IMG/VR virus record: IMGVR_UViG_3300031841_001392
Span: 1 to 52,949 of that record
From: a virus
Taxonomy: Duplodnaviria; Caudoviricetes
DNA: 52,949 bases
Direction: 5' to 3' (one strand)
Shown here: one piece after another, positions 44,430 to 52,949 of the stretch
Layout of the letters: each line of letters starts with the position of its first letter
Numbering within the stretch: position 1 is the stretch's first letter
The notes under the pieces: model-generated
The model's database searches: none
Told to the model about the DNA's origin: nothing
The model's input: the letters and a program-made list of their open reading frames with translations, nothing else
Program-made: the position numbers and the translations under genes

Positions 44430-46316
44430 TTATCCTCTGCCTAGAGCATTGTAGAGACCTACACCACCAATGCCTGCGCCGAGAAGCTGCTGACCAGTGG
44501 ACGGTTGAACGCCATAGCTCGCCATAGTGCTACCGGGAGTGACGGGCAGACCTTGAAGCATGTTGCTGAAGAATCCAATCTGCTCTCTTGGGAACGCTTG
44601 CTGACGCAAGAAGTCTTGATAGCCCATGTCCAGACTACGCTGACCCATGCCTCGCTGTATCTCACCAGCAGCCTGCAAGTTTTGTAGCCTGTCAAAGGCC
44701 ATTGCCTGCTCCTGTCCACCGAGCGAGCTAAGTAGTCGCGCTGCGTCAAGTGCTTGACCTCTGCCAGCTTGATCAGCCTGTAGCCCTGCAAGCCCAAGCT
44801 GCGCTCTATCTTGCGCTGAACGGACGTTAAACTCTCTAGCAGCCATTGCCGCTTGGTTTTGAGCCTGATCCATACGCTCTTGAGTTTCTTGTGCAGAAAG
44901 ACCCAAGCGAGCAGCTTCTTGTTTTGCTTGCTCACGGGCTTGGAATACCGCTCTGGCTTCCTGCTGTTGAGCCAAAGCCATCTGCTGGTTTTGTCCAAAC
45001 GCATCAGAACGGAAACGCTGCGCTGCTTGATTGGCAGCCTCTTGCTGCTGTTGCGCTGACAAACCAAGTTGAGCAGCTTGTTGCCGAGCCTTTTCTCCAG
45101 CTTCAAATGAACGCTGGGCAAACTGCTCTGCTTGAGCGGCCCCCTCCATTGTTTGACCAAACGCTCCTTGACGAAACTTTTCTTGAGCTTGTCGAGCTGC
45201 ATCTGCTTGTTGTTGAGCCGTCATACCAAGCTGAGCAGCCTGTTGTCTTGCTTGCTCACCAGCTTGGAAAGAGTCAATTGCCATCTTTTGTTGCGCTTGC
45301 CGCGCCTGCTCAGTAGTGCCAAATGCAGCCTGCCTAAGCTGCTCTGCTTGTTGCAGCGCTTGTTGTGCTTGAGTACCAGTTTGCAAACCAAGCTGTGCTT
45401 CTTGAAGCCTTGCTGCTCTATCGGCCTCAAAAGCTTGTTGCGCTTGATCAAAAGCTGCGCGACCACCTGTCGCTTGAATGTCTTGAAGCTGCTGACCAAG
45501 GTTTCTTTCTCGCTCAGACTGCATAACAGCTTCACGATAACCGCCGAGACCGCCAGCCTGTGCTGCTTGTTGGGAGATATTTGCCGCTTGCGTATCAGAA
45601 GCTCTTCTTGCCTCTCTTTTCTCTATATCGGTCACAAGCTGCTGATAAGGATTCATGTAATCCTGAATTGTAGCCGTGTCTGCAACAGTCCCTGCTTGGA
45701 AGCCGGGGCCAAAGTCACCTTGGCCCGTATATTGAGATTGCAGGTCTCTTGCAGAGTAATCTTGCCCTAACTCACGGGCCATGTATCCGGGGTCAAAAGA
45801 CCCAGCCTGATAGCCAACCGTAGAGGTTTGGGGATCAAAGCCGGAATCTCTAGTGCCTGCTGTGTAGCCAGATGCTATGGTTCCGGGAGTGTACGTTGGA
45901 TCAAGGGTTCCTGCTGTGAATCCTTGGGTCAGGCTTGCGTCTGTAGGCGCTTGGTAGCCAGAAGTTATGGTGCCAGCTTGATAATTAGAGAATTGCTGTT
46001 GAGGATTAAATCCAGAAGCAATGTTCATCCCCATGTTGGTTGGTTGAAAACCTATCTGAGTGGCAATGTCGCTTGCTGATCTGATTTGCTGAGGAGTGCC
46101 AGCGCCAGCAATTTCTGCCATGCCCTGCATTGCAGTCGTTTCAAACGGATTGAAGTCCTGTATCCGCTGACCCTGATACGTCTCGTATGGTCGAGTACTT
46201 TCGTACACTGTTCGACCAAGCATCTCCTCGTAGAAAGGCTTTGCATACTCAGGGAGATTTGTTTGTGTTACTACGCTCTCGGTTTGTTGAGGGCCGCCGC
46301 CACCACCTTTACTCAT
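44430..46316 (-). CDS. Internal virion / DNA ejection protein, Q/A-rich
   Basis: MSKGGGG...TNLPEYAKP, YMNPYQQ, GGLGGYREA, repeated EQARQQAAQLG, C-terminal LGAGIGGVGLY. Confidence 0.7.
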   Translation of the reverse strand: MSKGGGGGPQQTESVVTQTNLPEYAKPFYEEMLGRTVYESTRPYETYQGQRIQDFNPFETTAMQGMAEIAGAGTPQQIRSASDIATQIGFQPTNMGMNIASGFNPQQQFSNYQAGTITSGYQAPTDASLTQGFTAGTLDPTYTPGTIASGYTAGTRDSGFDPQTSTVGYQAGSFDPGYMARELGQDYSARDLQSQYTGQGDFGPGFQAGTVADTATIQDYMNPYQQLVTDIEKREARRASDTQAANISQQAAQAGGLGGYREAVMQSERERNLGQQLQDIQATGGRAAFDQAQQAFEADRAARLQEAQLGLQTGTQAQQALQQAEQLRQAAFGTTEQARQAQQKMAIDSFQAGEQARQQAAQLGMTAQQQADAARQAQEKFRQGAFGQTMEGAAQAEQFAQRSFEAGEKARQQAAQLGLSAQQQQEAANQAAQRFRSDAFGQNQQMALAQQQEARAVFQAREQAKQEAARLGLSAQETQERMDQAQNQAAMAAREFNVRSAQDRAQLGLAGLQADQAGRGQALDAARLLSSLGGQEQAMAFDRLQNLQAAGEIQRGMGQRSLDMGYQDFLRQQAFPREQIGFFSNMLQGLPVTPGSTMASYGVQPSTGQQLLGAGIGGVGLYNALGRG

Positions 46317-46824
46317 CTCTTAAACTCCTCTCGTAAACGACATATGATCGCTCAAATCCGTCTTGCTGAAGCCATTTCCAGAACCCCATCCTAGCAGTAG
46401 CTTCTATGCCGTCACAGTTATTATCTATTGCCCAGTCAGTAAATCGCTCAAGCATGTCCCAAACCCAGTCGTTGAATTTGGCACCACCCAAAAACTGTAT
46501 CGTAAGCATCCTTTTTGCCGGATAAGACACCAGTTCTGTAGTGCCTACCCCGTCTATCTTGTGATCTTCGTCAAAAGCTAGCCATAGGTGCTGATGACCT
46601 AGCTTTATGGACTGAAGAAGTGAATCCTCATTCCACCTGCCCTTTGATCTTGCTACCGCTTTGAGTAGCTGTCCTCTGACTTCAGGCCACAACGTCTCTG
46701 CATAATTAGGCGGCACCATTGTGATTGTGTGAGTAACTTCTCTTGGCGCTGTCTTGCTACGCACCTTTGGCTCACGGGATATATCCCTAACCCTTGTTTC
46801 GTCAAAGCTTAACAATTGGCTCAT
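46309..46824 (-). CDS. GNAT-like virion assembly protein
   Basis: HLWLAF...TTELVSYPAKRMLTIQFLGG...CDGIEATARMGFWKWL; position among internal-protein genes. Confidence 0.55.
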   Translation of the reverse strand: MSQLLSFDETRVRDISREPKVRSKTAPREVTHTITMVPPNYAETLWPEVRGQLLKAVARSKGRWNEDSLLQSIKLGHQHLWLAFDEDHKIDGVGTTELVSYPAKRMLTIQFLGGAKFNDWVWDMLERFTDWAIDNNCDGIEATARMGFWKWLQQDGFERSYVVYERSLRDE

Positions 46825-48791
46825 GCGGGTATTAGGCCTCCATCTCTAGCTACCAGTGGATCTGGTTGCTCTGTTGTGCCGGTTTTCTGCATCCTTATCT
46901 CATCAAGCATCGCGTCAAAACGCTTTGCACCAGCGCCTGTGTCGCCATCACCAGCCGCTGAGACTACGTCTGCTGGGATAATAAACTCGCCGGGAGACAC
47001 TGCTACAGGCTGCTGACCGCCGATAGTGCCGGGGATCATGTCATCCATACCACGGCCTTCACCTTGAATTAGACCTTCTGTCTGAGCGTTTGGCTGAACA
47101 CTCTGAAGCACTTGCTCTCTAAGCATCTGAAAAGCCTCTGTTCCGTACTCATCCAAGAACCGATCAATAACAACGGATGCCTCTTCTTCTGAAAGCTGAC
47201 CCATAACAGCCATCATGGTCTGCTCTATGAGAGGGTCTGCGCTTGGCACCGTGCCGCCTTCTTGCATGCCCGTATAAGCGTTGGTGTAGTCAAAAGACAG
47301 GTTCTGCATATTTGGAGCAAACCTCATGAAGTCTTCTTCTTTGTTGCCGGTCAGACCTAAATCCGCAAATTCTTTTTTAGCTGCCTGATACTTTTTGCTT
47401 CCTACGCTCCTTCCTCTTCTGGGCGTTGTCGCAAGAGCAACTAGTGCGTCATAGTCTTTTTCAGACATAAACGGAGCAATACCTTGGCCTGTAACCATGT
47501 CTGAGAAATCAAAGTCTGGAGTTGTGGTTGTGTCGGTAGTGGTGCCTGTATCCGTGTCAGGCTTGGGATCATCTATCTCAGGAATGCGCTCTCTGAAATA
47601 CTCAATCTCAGGGCCGAATCCGGGCCTGTATTCAACCTCTTCTAGCTCTGCTGCGGTCTTAGCCACTGGGCCTCTTAGCTGTGCCTGTCTGGATGCGGCA
47701 GAGCCGTAACCAAACCGAGCGCCTCCACCCATGCCTTGATTAAAACCGCCTGTTGGGCCGCCCATGTCCATGCGTATTGGCGCTCTGCCGAGGTTTTGAA
47801 GGTCGCTTAACTGGCGCTGATACTCCTGTGGGTTCAGAGAAACAATGCCACCAGCCCGTGCGTAGTTTGTAGGGTCATATGCAGCGTACTGTCGGCCCAT
47901 ACCAGAAGTATCAATACCAAAGTCTGTACCAGCCAGATCCAACGATGTGCCTAGCAGATCATAGGCGCGATCCTCTTCTGCCTGCCGGTCAGCTTCAGTC
48001 TGCCGAGCCATCTGCTCGTAGCCTTCTTCCATCTCTATTTGGCCTTGAAGACCTGAGCCGATAGCAAGAGGTAGTGCCGCAGACTTAGTTAGCAGCCCTT
48101 TTCCTGTAGCAGCCAACCCGTCACTAGAAAAGGGTTGAGCAACTCTATCTGCAAAACTCAAGCCAGCCTGTCTTGCATTGATGTCGGCAATGCTTTTACC
48201 CGCAGATCCAACTCTATCAGTTAAAGCCCCCAAGGCCTGATTTGTTCCCGCTGTTGGTATTGCTGTCCCAGCCTTTATGGCTTCTGTCGTTGCATCCGCA
48301 GTTCCTGTAAGCAGGGCATCTGATGCATCGGCAAGATTTGCTGTGGCTTCAGTCATGCCGCTTGCTGCATCCTTGCCTGCACCTAAAGCAGAACCAAGGC
48401 CATAACCCATGAGGCCAGAGGCGAGGCCTTTCTTGAGATCTCCGGTAATGGCAGTTGTTGCTAAACCAGAACCAATAGCTCCCGCTAGGGCGCTGTTAGC
48501 GCCAATTGTGGTTGCAAGCCCAGCGAGACCAGCAGTAGCCCCACCTCCTATTGCCGTAAACGCCGCAGGGGCTAATGCACTTGCCAACATAGGTATAAGG
48601 AATGCAAACGCCTCTGGCTGACCTGTAACAGGGTTTTTGGTCAACCCTCCGGGGGTCAAAGACGCTATACCCTGAACCTCTGCTGGGTTCATGTGTACGA
48701 GCATGCTGTCGCCGTATCGCCCGTACTGCGCCATTTGCTCTGCTTGTGGCTGTAATGGCGCTTGTTGCATCTGTCCTCTTACATATTCCAT
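46821..48791 (-). CDS. Internal virion protein
   Basis: YGRYGDSMLVHMNPAEV...NPVTGQPEAF, G/A-rich hydrophobic segment, C-terminal GEGRGMDDMIP...VSPGEFIIPADVVS. Confidence 0.7.
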   Translation of the reverse strand: MEYVRGQMQQAPLQPQAEQMAQYGRYGDSMLVHMNPAEVQGIASLTPGGLTKNPVTGQPEAFAFLIPMLASALAPAAFTAIGGGATAGLAGLATTIGANSALAGAIGSGLATTAITGDLKKGLASGLMGYGLGSALGAGKDAASGMTEATANLADASDALLTGTADATTEAIKAGTAIPTAGTNQALGALTDRVGSAGKSIADINARQAGLSFADRVAQPFSSDGLAATGKGLLTKSAALPLAIGSGLQGQIEMEEGYEQMARQTEADRQAEEDRAYDLLGTSLDLAGTDFGIDTSGMGRQYAAYDPTNYARAGGIVSLNPQEYQRQLSDLQNLGRAPIRMDMGGPTGGFNQGMGGGARFGYGSAASRQAQLRGPVAKTAAELEEVEYRPGFGPEIEYFRERIPEIDDPKPDTDTGTTTDTTTTPDFDFSDMVTGQGIAPFMSEKDYDALVALATTPRRGRSVGSKKYQAAKKEFADLGLTGNKEEDFMRFAPNMQNLSFDYTNAYTGMQEGGTVPSADPLIEQTMMAVMGQLSEEEASVVIDRFLDEYGTEAFQMLREQVLQSVQPNAQTEGLIQGEGRGMDDMIPGTIGGQQPVAVSPGEFIIPADVVSAAGDGDTGAGAKRFDAMLDEIRMQKTGTTEQPDPLVARDGGLIPA

Positions 48792-49120
48792 TAACTTGTC
48801 TCCACACCGAATAGGTTAAAGCTTACATTAGCGGCACTGGCGTAAACCTTGACCACATCCGCTTGACCAAGACACATGCCAATGACCACAGTTCTAGTGG
48901 TGGTGGCAGCAAGGTCTTCGTCAAAAAATATAAATTGTTTGTCATCTGCTGAAGCGCCAGCTACATGGACGCTAACCCTGAACGTGATGGCAGAGCCGCC
49001 TCGGTTGCATATGACTAGTGAGCTAACAGTCGTTTGCGTCAGGTCTGGGACTGTATACAGCGTAGTCGTTGTCGTTGCCGAAACATCAGCCTGACCCAGA
49101 ACTTTGATCGCATCTGTCAT
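48791..49120 (-). CDS. Small tail-associated structural protein
   Basis: KVLGQ...TTLYTVP...VSSLVICNR...VSFNLFGVE, beta-sandwich-like. Confidence 0.6.
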   Translation of the reverse strand: MTDAIKVLGQADVSATTTTTLYTVPDLTQTTVSSLVICNRGGSAITFRVSVHVAGASADDKQFIFFDEDLAATTTRTVVIGMCLGQADVVKVYASAANVSFNLFGVETS

Positions 49121-49314
49121 GAGGCACCCATCAGCAAAAACTGAAAGCGGCGCATGGCAAGAGAGCCTTCTTTGTCGCCTTGGGTCTTAGCAAGAACCAC
49201 ATCGTTCTCAATCTGATCCATCGCAAGCTCTAGGGTGCGTCTTGTTAGCCCCTGCTCTTGCTGATCATACTCAGGCGTTGGTATGGGTAGAGGGGTTGTT
49301 CTTGTACCAGCCAT
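49117..49314 (-). CDS. Small protein downstream of nozzle
   Basis: LPIPTPEYDQ motif; coupled to both neighbours. Confidence 0.6.
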   Translation of the reverse strand: MAGTRTTPLPIPTPEYDQQEQGLTRRTLELAMDQIENDVVLAKTQGDKEGSLAMRRFQFLLMGAS

Positions 49315-51167
49315 TAGCGCCTCCCGTCTGAGCGTATATCAAAACGCAGATCACCAAGCCGCCAGCCGTAACCAGAGCCTGAGCTTTCTAGCCTGACAAT
49401 AGGATGCCTAGCTCTAGCCCTGACATGATTTTGATCTGTAGATGATGTGACCGTTGCTGTTGCAAGGGTGCTGGTGCTGCCCAGCGGGAAGTCTTTGCCC
49501 TTGATCGTCATATCTATTGACGCATCAGAGGTTGTTCCGCTGAAAGCAAAGTCAGGTATGACCCGACTAATCATCATGAACCGCTGACCCTCTTCTATCT
49601 CTAGGTCGCCGCTTTCTACATAAGCGGTCATTGGGCTTCCATCATCATCAAAGCCGACTTCATGAGAGTACAGGTAGTTGTTATCTGTATCTGTAATGAC
49701 TGACGTAGCTAAAGGCTTATTCCTTGTGCCAGCGCCACGCCATGCTCCACGAGCTAACGTGCCAACACTCCACAAGTTTTCTGCGTAGTTATAGCTGACA
49801 TAGTTGGTTATCTCCGTGTCACCAGAACCTATTGGGTAATACCAGATAACCTCAGAAAATGCGTTGTTTTCTGCTGCAAAGACCTTGAACAATTGATCCT
49901 CATTAAGGTTGGAAAACACATAGTCTTTTACAGAGCACGGAAGAGGCTGCACAGAACCGTTGTAGACATAAAAGCCGCCTTTATCCATAAAGTAGACGGA
50001 ACCCCTAGCGTTGACGGCTGCGTTGGGGCTAATCATAGATATGTCAGTGCTTACGGTCTGAAACTGGAACGTGAACGGTGCGCCAACAAACCGCATGGAG
50101 TGCAGGCTGACATCCGTAAACACCAGTATCTCTTGTCTGCCCTGAACCGCACCAATAATTTGAGACCCTGAGTTAATTCTTACACCACCAGCGGTGTTAG
50201 TTGCTGTAGGAGTCCAGTCTGCTGCGTTCTCCTGATCAGAGAACCGAATAAAAAGCGGGTCAATCTGGCTAGAGCCAATAGGATTAGACCCGAAAGCAAT
50301 AACGTGTTGATCTATGTCACTAACCATGACTTGCAGGGCAATGGTTGGCACGTTAGAAGCACCGGCTAAACTGGATATGTTTACCCCTCTTGCGCCGGTG
50401 CCTGAAGACTCATCCCAGTAGTAAATGCCGCCACCACGAGGGTTGAATACTAAGTCTTCTCCAAAGTTGTCTTGGCTGAAAAGTCTTAGCTGACCTGCTG
50501 AAGAAATGCTACTTACGCTACCAAAAGCAGTTACACCCCACCCTGACGTACCCCAGCCAGTGCCTGTAGCAAAGGCGTTGGTGCCGGTATTGATTTGATA
50601 AGCCGCTACCGTTGAACTGCCGCCATTGCCAGTGTCGCTTGCGTTAGCGGTTACAGTCGCGCCGCTAGTATCTTTTGCCACGATGGTGAAGGTGTTTGTC
50701 GTGGGCACAGACGCGATCTGATATTCCTGATTGAGAACAGTCGCAGTAATATTGCCGCCAAGTGTTGCTGCATCAGAGAAAGTAACGAAATCATTGACTA
50801 CCGCCCCGTGTGCAGTCTCTGTGATGGTGATGGTTGAGGAGCCATCGGTGGCTGCAAAGGTCGCGTCACCCGCGCTAGTGGTCAGCCTAATTGGCGTAAC
50901 ATCGTTGAACAGATCGCCAGACACTACATAGAACTTAAGGTGCGTACCAAGGCCTATGTAACGTATAGACTCCAAAGAAGACCAGTCATGTATTGACCGG
51001 CAAACTCCTAAGAACGAAGTCTCAGAAAACTTTTCCCATCCACCAATCTTTTCAGGCCTACCCTGCCTAAATCGAATCTTGTCAGCATCAAACCATCCAG
51101 CATCAGCAGAATACTCTGTGCCTTCTTTGTTAACGCCGGGAGCAAACTTTATCTTACTAAGAGCCAT
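49314..51167 (-). CDS. Tail nozzle / packaged-DNA stabilisation protein (P22 gp10-like)
   Basis: PGVNKEGTEY...IRFRQGRPEKIGGW, DNFGEDL, IRFSDQEN, C-terminal WRLGDLRFDIRSDGRR. Confidence 0.75.
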   Translation of the reverse strand: MALSKIKFAPGVNKEGTEYSADAGWFDADKIRFRQGRPEKIGGWEKFSETSFLGVCRSIHDWSSLESIRYIGLGTHLKFYVVSGDLFNDVTPIRLTTSAGDATFAATDGSSTITITETAHGAVVNDFVTFSDAATLGGNITATVLNQEYQIASVPTTNTFTIVAKDTSGATVTANASDTGNGGSSTVAAYQINTGTNAFATGTGWGTSGWGVTAFGSVSSISSAGQLRLFSQDNFGEDLVFNPRGGGIYYWDESSGTGARGVNISSLAGASNVPTIALQVMVSDIDQHVIAFGSNPIGSSQIDPLFIRFSDQENAADWTPTATNTAGGVRINSGSQIIGAVQGRQEILVFTDVSLHSMRFVGAPFTFQFQTVSTDISMISPNAAVNARGSVYFMDKGGFYVYNGSVQPLPCSVKDYVFSNLNEDQLFKVFAAENNAFSEVIWYYPIGSGDTEITNYVSYNYAENLWSVGTLARGAWRGAGTRNKPLATSVITDTDNNYLYSHEVGFDDDGSPMTAYVESGDLEIEEGQRFMMISRVIPDFAFSGTTSDASIDMTIKGKDFPLGSTSTLATATVTSSTDQNHVRARARHPIVRLESSGSGYGWRLGDLRFDIRSDGRR

Positions 51168-51169
51168 GT

Positions 51170-52531
51170 CTAGCGGGTACGCCTACGTCTGCCGCGAGAC
51201 TTAGTGGTGGGTGCTTTGCTTCGCCCCCCATATCTTGATGATTTGGGTTTTTTCTTTACAGTCTCGGTGTTTGGCTTTGGAGGCACGGGCTTTCGTCTCC
51301 CTTTGCTCCTACCTACACTCTTTGCAGGCTTAGGTGTAGAAACTGGTGGAGGAGGCTGTACAGCAGCAACTCGCTGCCTGACTTGCTCCATGACCGCAGG
51401 ATCAGTCATGCCGCCAATGCCGCCCATCATTCCGCCAACCCCACCCATGCTGCCTATATCAGCTATTGGGTTTGTTTTAGTTCCGCCAAGTTTACCCAAG
51501 AATCCGCTTTGACCAGAAGCCCGTCTTTGCTCTTGAGCTTGCTTGATGTTTTCTATTTGCTCTGGCGTAAGACCGGGAATAGCTCCGCTAAATAAACCAC
51601 CAGATCCCGGCCCAGCTTCTGCCAATGCAGCCTCATAACCCGGATCACCGGGAGCTATAGCATTAGAAAACATGCCGCCCATACCCCGCAACCTGTCACC
51701 TAAAGACTGATCCATTACTGGTCTTGGTGTGGGTGTGGGCGCTGGCATAGACTCAGGCATCTGGGGGGGCACAAAAGGGATGTAGTCTCCTGTCGGATTT
51801 GGGGTTGGCTGACCCATCATTATTTGACCTATACCACCGCCTTTTTCTCCACCCATACCTGTTGAGCGGCGAACATTGCCAGAAGCGCGCTCACGAGCAG
51901 CCTCTTGTCTAGCAGCCTCCTCGGCAGCAAGACGGTCTGCTTCCGCTTTTGCCTCTGCTTCAGCCGCCGCCTCTGCCGCTATACGGTCTCTTTCTGCTTG
52001 AGCAGCGGCTTCAGCAGCAGCACGTTCAGTTGCTATGCGGTCTTGTTCTGCCTGTGCCGCAGCAGCTTGTTCTGCTGCAATCCTATCTCTTTCTGCTTGA
52101 GCGGCTGTTTCTGTAGCTGTTTGCTCTGCCGCAGCGCGTTCTTGGGCTGCTATAAGCATGTCTCGCTGACGCTGCTCTTCAGCCTGCCTGCCCTGCGTTA
52201 TGGCATCAGTCGTTGCGCCAGCATCAAACGTCTGAAAAGGCTGGCCTGTGAGAGGATTAATACCCTCCATAGGGTTTGGGGCTGCCTGCTGAGGCGTTAG
52301 CAAAGCCCCGGTCTGTGGAGCGCCCATAGGATTTTGACCGCCAAGTAGAGCCGCTATGCCTGTAGGAACCCCGTAGTTAGGGTTTCTTGAAAGAAGAGGT
52401 TGACCTTGCATTTGACCGTAGCCAACGGGCAGTCCGGGCGGAGTAAAAGAGTTTGCTGGGGCTGTGGGAGGTGCAAAGCCTAGTTGTTGAGCATTAGGGC
52501 CGGTCTGTATATTTTGGTCGAATAAACCCAT
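51170..52531 (-). CDS. Low-complexity protein (P/G/Q-rich, A/E/R coiled coil, basic tail)
   Basis: 453-aa ORF coupled to the lysozyme stop; repeated AQAE(R/Q)DRIA. Confidence 0.65.
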   Translation of the reverse strand: MGLFDQNIQTGPNAQQLGFAPPTAPANSFTPPGLPVGYGQMQGQPLLSRNPNYGVPTGIAALLGGQNPMGAPQTGALLTPQQAAPNPMEGINPLTGQPFQTFDAGATTDAITQGRQAEEQRQRDMLIAAQERAAAEQTATETAAQAERDRIAAEQAAAAQAEQDRIATERAAAEAAAQAERDRIAAEAAAEAEAKAEADRLAAEEAARQEAARERASGNVRRSTGMGGEKGGGIGQIMMGQPTPNPTGDYIPFVPPQMPESMPAPTPTPRPVMDQSLGDRLRGMGGMFSNAIAPGDPGYEAALAEAGPGSGGLFSGAIPGLTPEQIENIKQAQEQRRASGQSGFLGKLGGTKTNPIADIGSMGGVGGMMGGIGGMTDPAVMEQVRQRVAAVQPPPPVSTPKPAKSVGRSKGRRKPVPPKPNTETVKKKPKSSRYGGRSKAPTTKSRGRRRRTR

Positions 52532-52949
52532 TACTTATACTCTCCGGTTCTAATCATTTCAGTAACCCTAACTGCACGATTTCCCACTTGTTGCGCCCAC
52601 TTGCTATCCATAAACTCATCAGCAGCTATATCAAACTGTTCACGCGACATAGCCTCAAGAGCCTTTACAAAACCTCTCAATCTGGTCAGACCAAGGTTAA
52701 AGCAGATGTCGATCATGGCATCCTGTCTGGCCTCATTCATAGCGACGAACCAGAAATATGTCTCAGATAGCTCTCCCTTTACTCTCTCTATGTCATTTGC
52801 CAGTAAATAATTAATCTCGTCATCAGACAGCCCAAGGCCAGACTCTGAGATGTTCCTACCCACACCTATCGTTTCGTAGCCTGCACTACACACATATACC
52901 TTAGATCGTACACCTTCGTGTAGCTTTAGCATCTCGACTAGTTTAGTCA
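52531..52949 (-). CDS. Phage lysozyme (GH24 / T4L-like endolysin)
   Basis: HEGVRSKVYVCSAGYETIGVGRN...FNLG...SKWAQQVGNRA. Window ends at (A)TG ACT AAA CTA, so the likely start is 1 nt outside. Confidence 0.88.
   Translation of the reverse strand, partial: TKLVEMLKLHEGVRSKVYVCSAGYETIGVGRNISESGLGLSDDEINYLLANDIERVKGELSETYFWFVAMNEARQDAMIDICFNLGLTRLRGFVKALEAMSREQFDIAADEFMDSKWAQQVGNRAVRVTEMIRTGEYK

Noticed and set aside
44459-45770. Long alternative-frame ORFs in the Q/A-rich ejection gene
   Set aside because: Expected by-product of repetitive CAG/GCA codons; no RBS, and the main frame is not linker-like.
1-52949. Prophage or host-flanking sequence, integrase, att sites
   Set aside because: All recognisable genes are phage-like; no integrase, repressor or host housekeeping gene was seen.

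Overview
Nearly all of a tailed dsDNA phage genome, podovirus-like, with a gene set typical of uncultured aquatic phages. The late operon runs on the minus strand and appears to wrap around the window ends: terS, terL, portal, GroES, scaffold, major capsid, adaptors and tail fibre (runs off position 1), then lysozyme (starts just past 52949), tail nozzle, internal virion proteins and a 3283-aa polyvalent protein. A plus-strand early unit (18.2-23.7 kb) has a structured leader, micro-ORFs and a MoxR AAA / DUF3150-like / vWA-metallopeptidase trio. A replication and recombination block follows (primase-helicase, RusA, Cas4-like exonuclease, Sak3, SSB, NinB). I saw no DNA polymerase, integrase, reverse transcriptase, canonical tRNA or CRISPR array. 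Main hand-read observations: (1) two tandem type I hammerhead ribozymes bracket a 250-nt unit encoding a 38-aa HTH-like peptide. (2) A hairpin-rich intergenic locus at about 24.0-24.35 kb holds 5-6 short cassettes that each encode one tail-fibre beta-roll repeat, while the fibre gene has an invariant 11-bp DNA word every 216 bp; together these are a candidate receptor-binding diversification system. (3) Two +1-frame genes with their own RBSs are nested in linkers of the giant protein. (4) An unannotated 32-aa peptide shares the capsid protein's first 8 residues. (5) The same AGGAATMTTCCT palindrome cluster lies upstream of both terL and the primase-helicase. All family assignments are from motif recognition; no searches were run.
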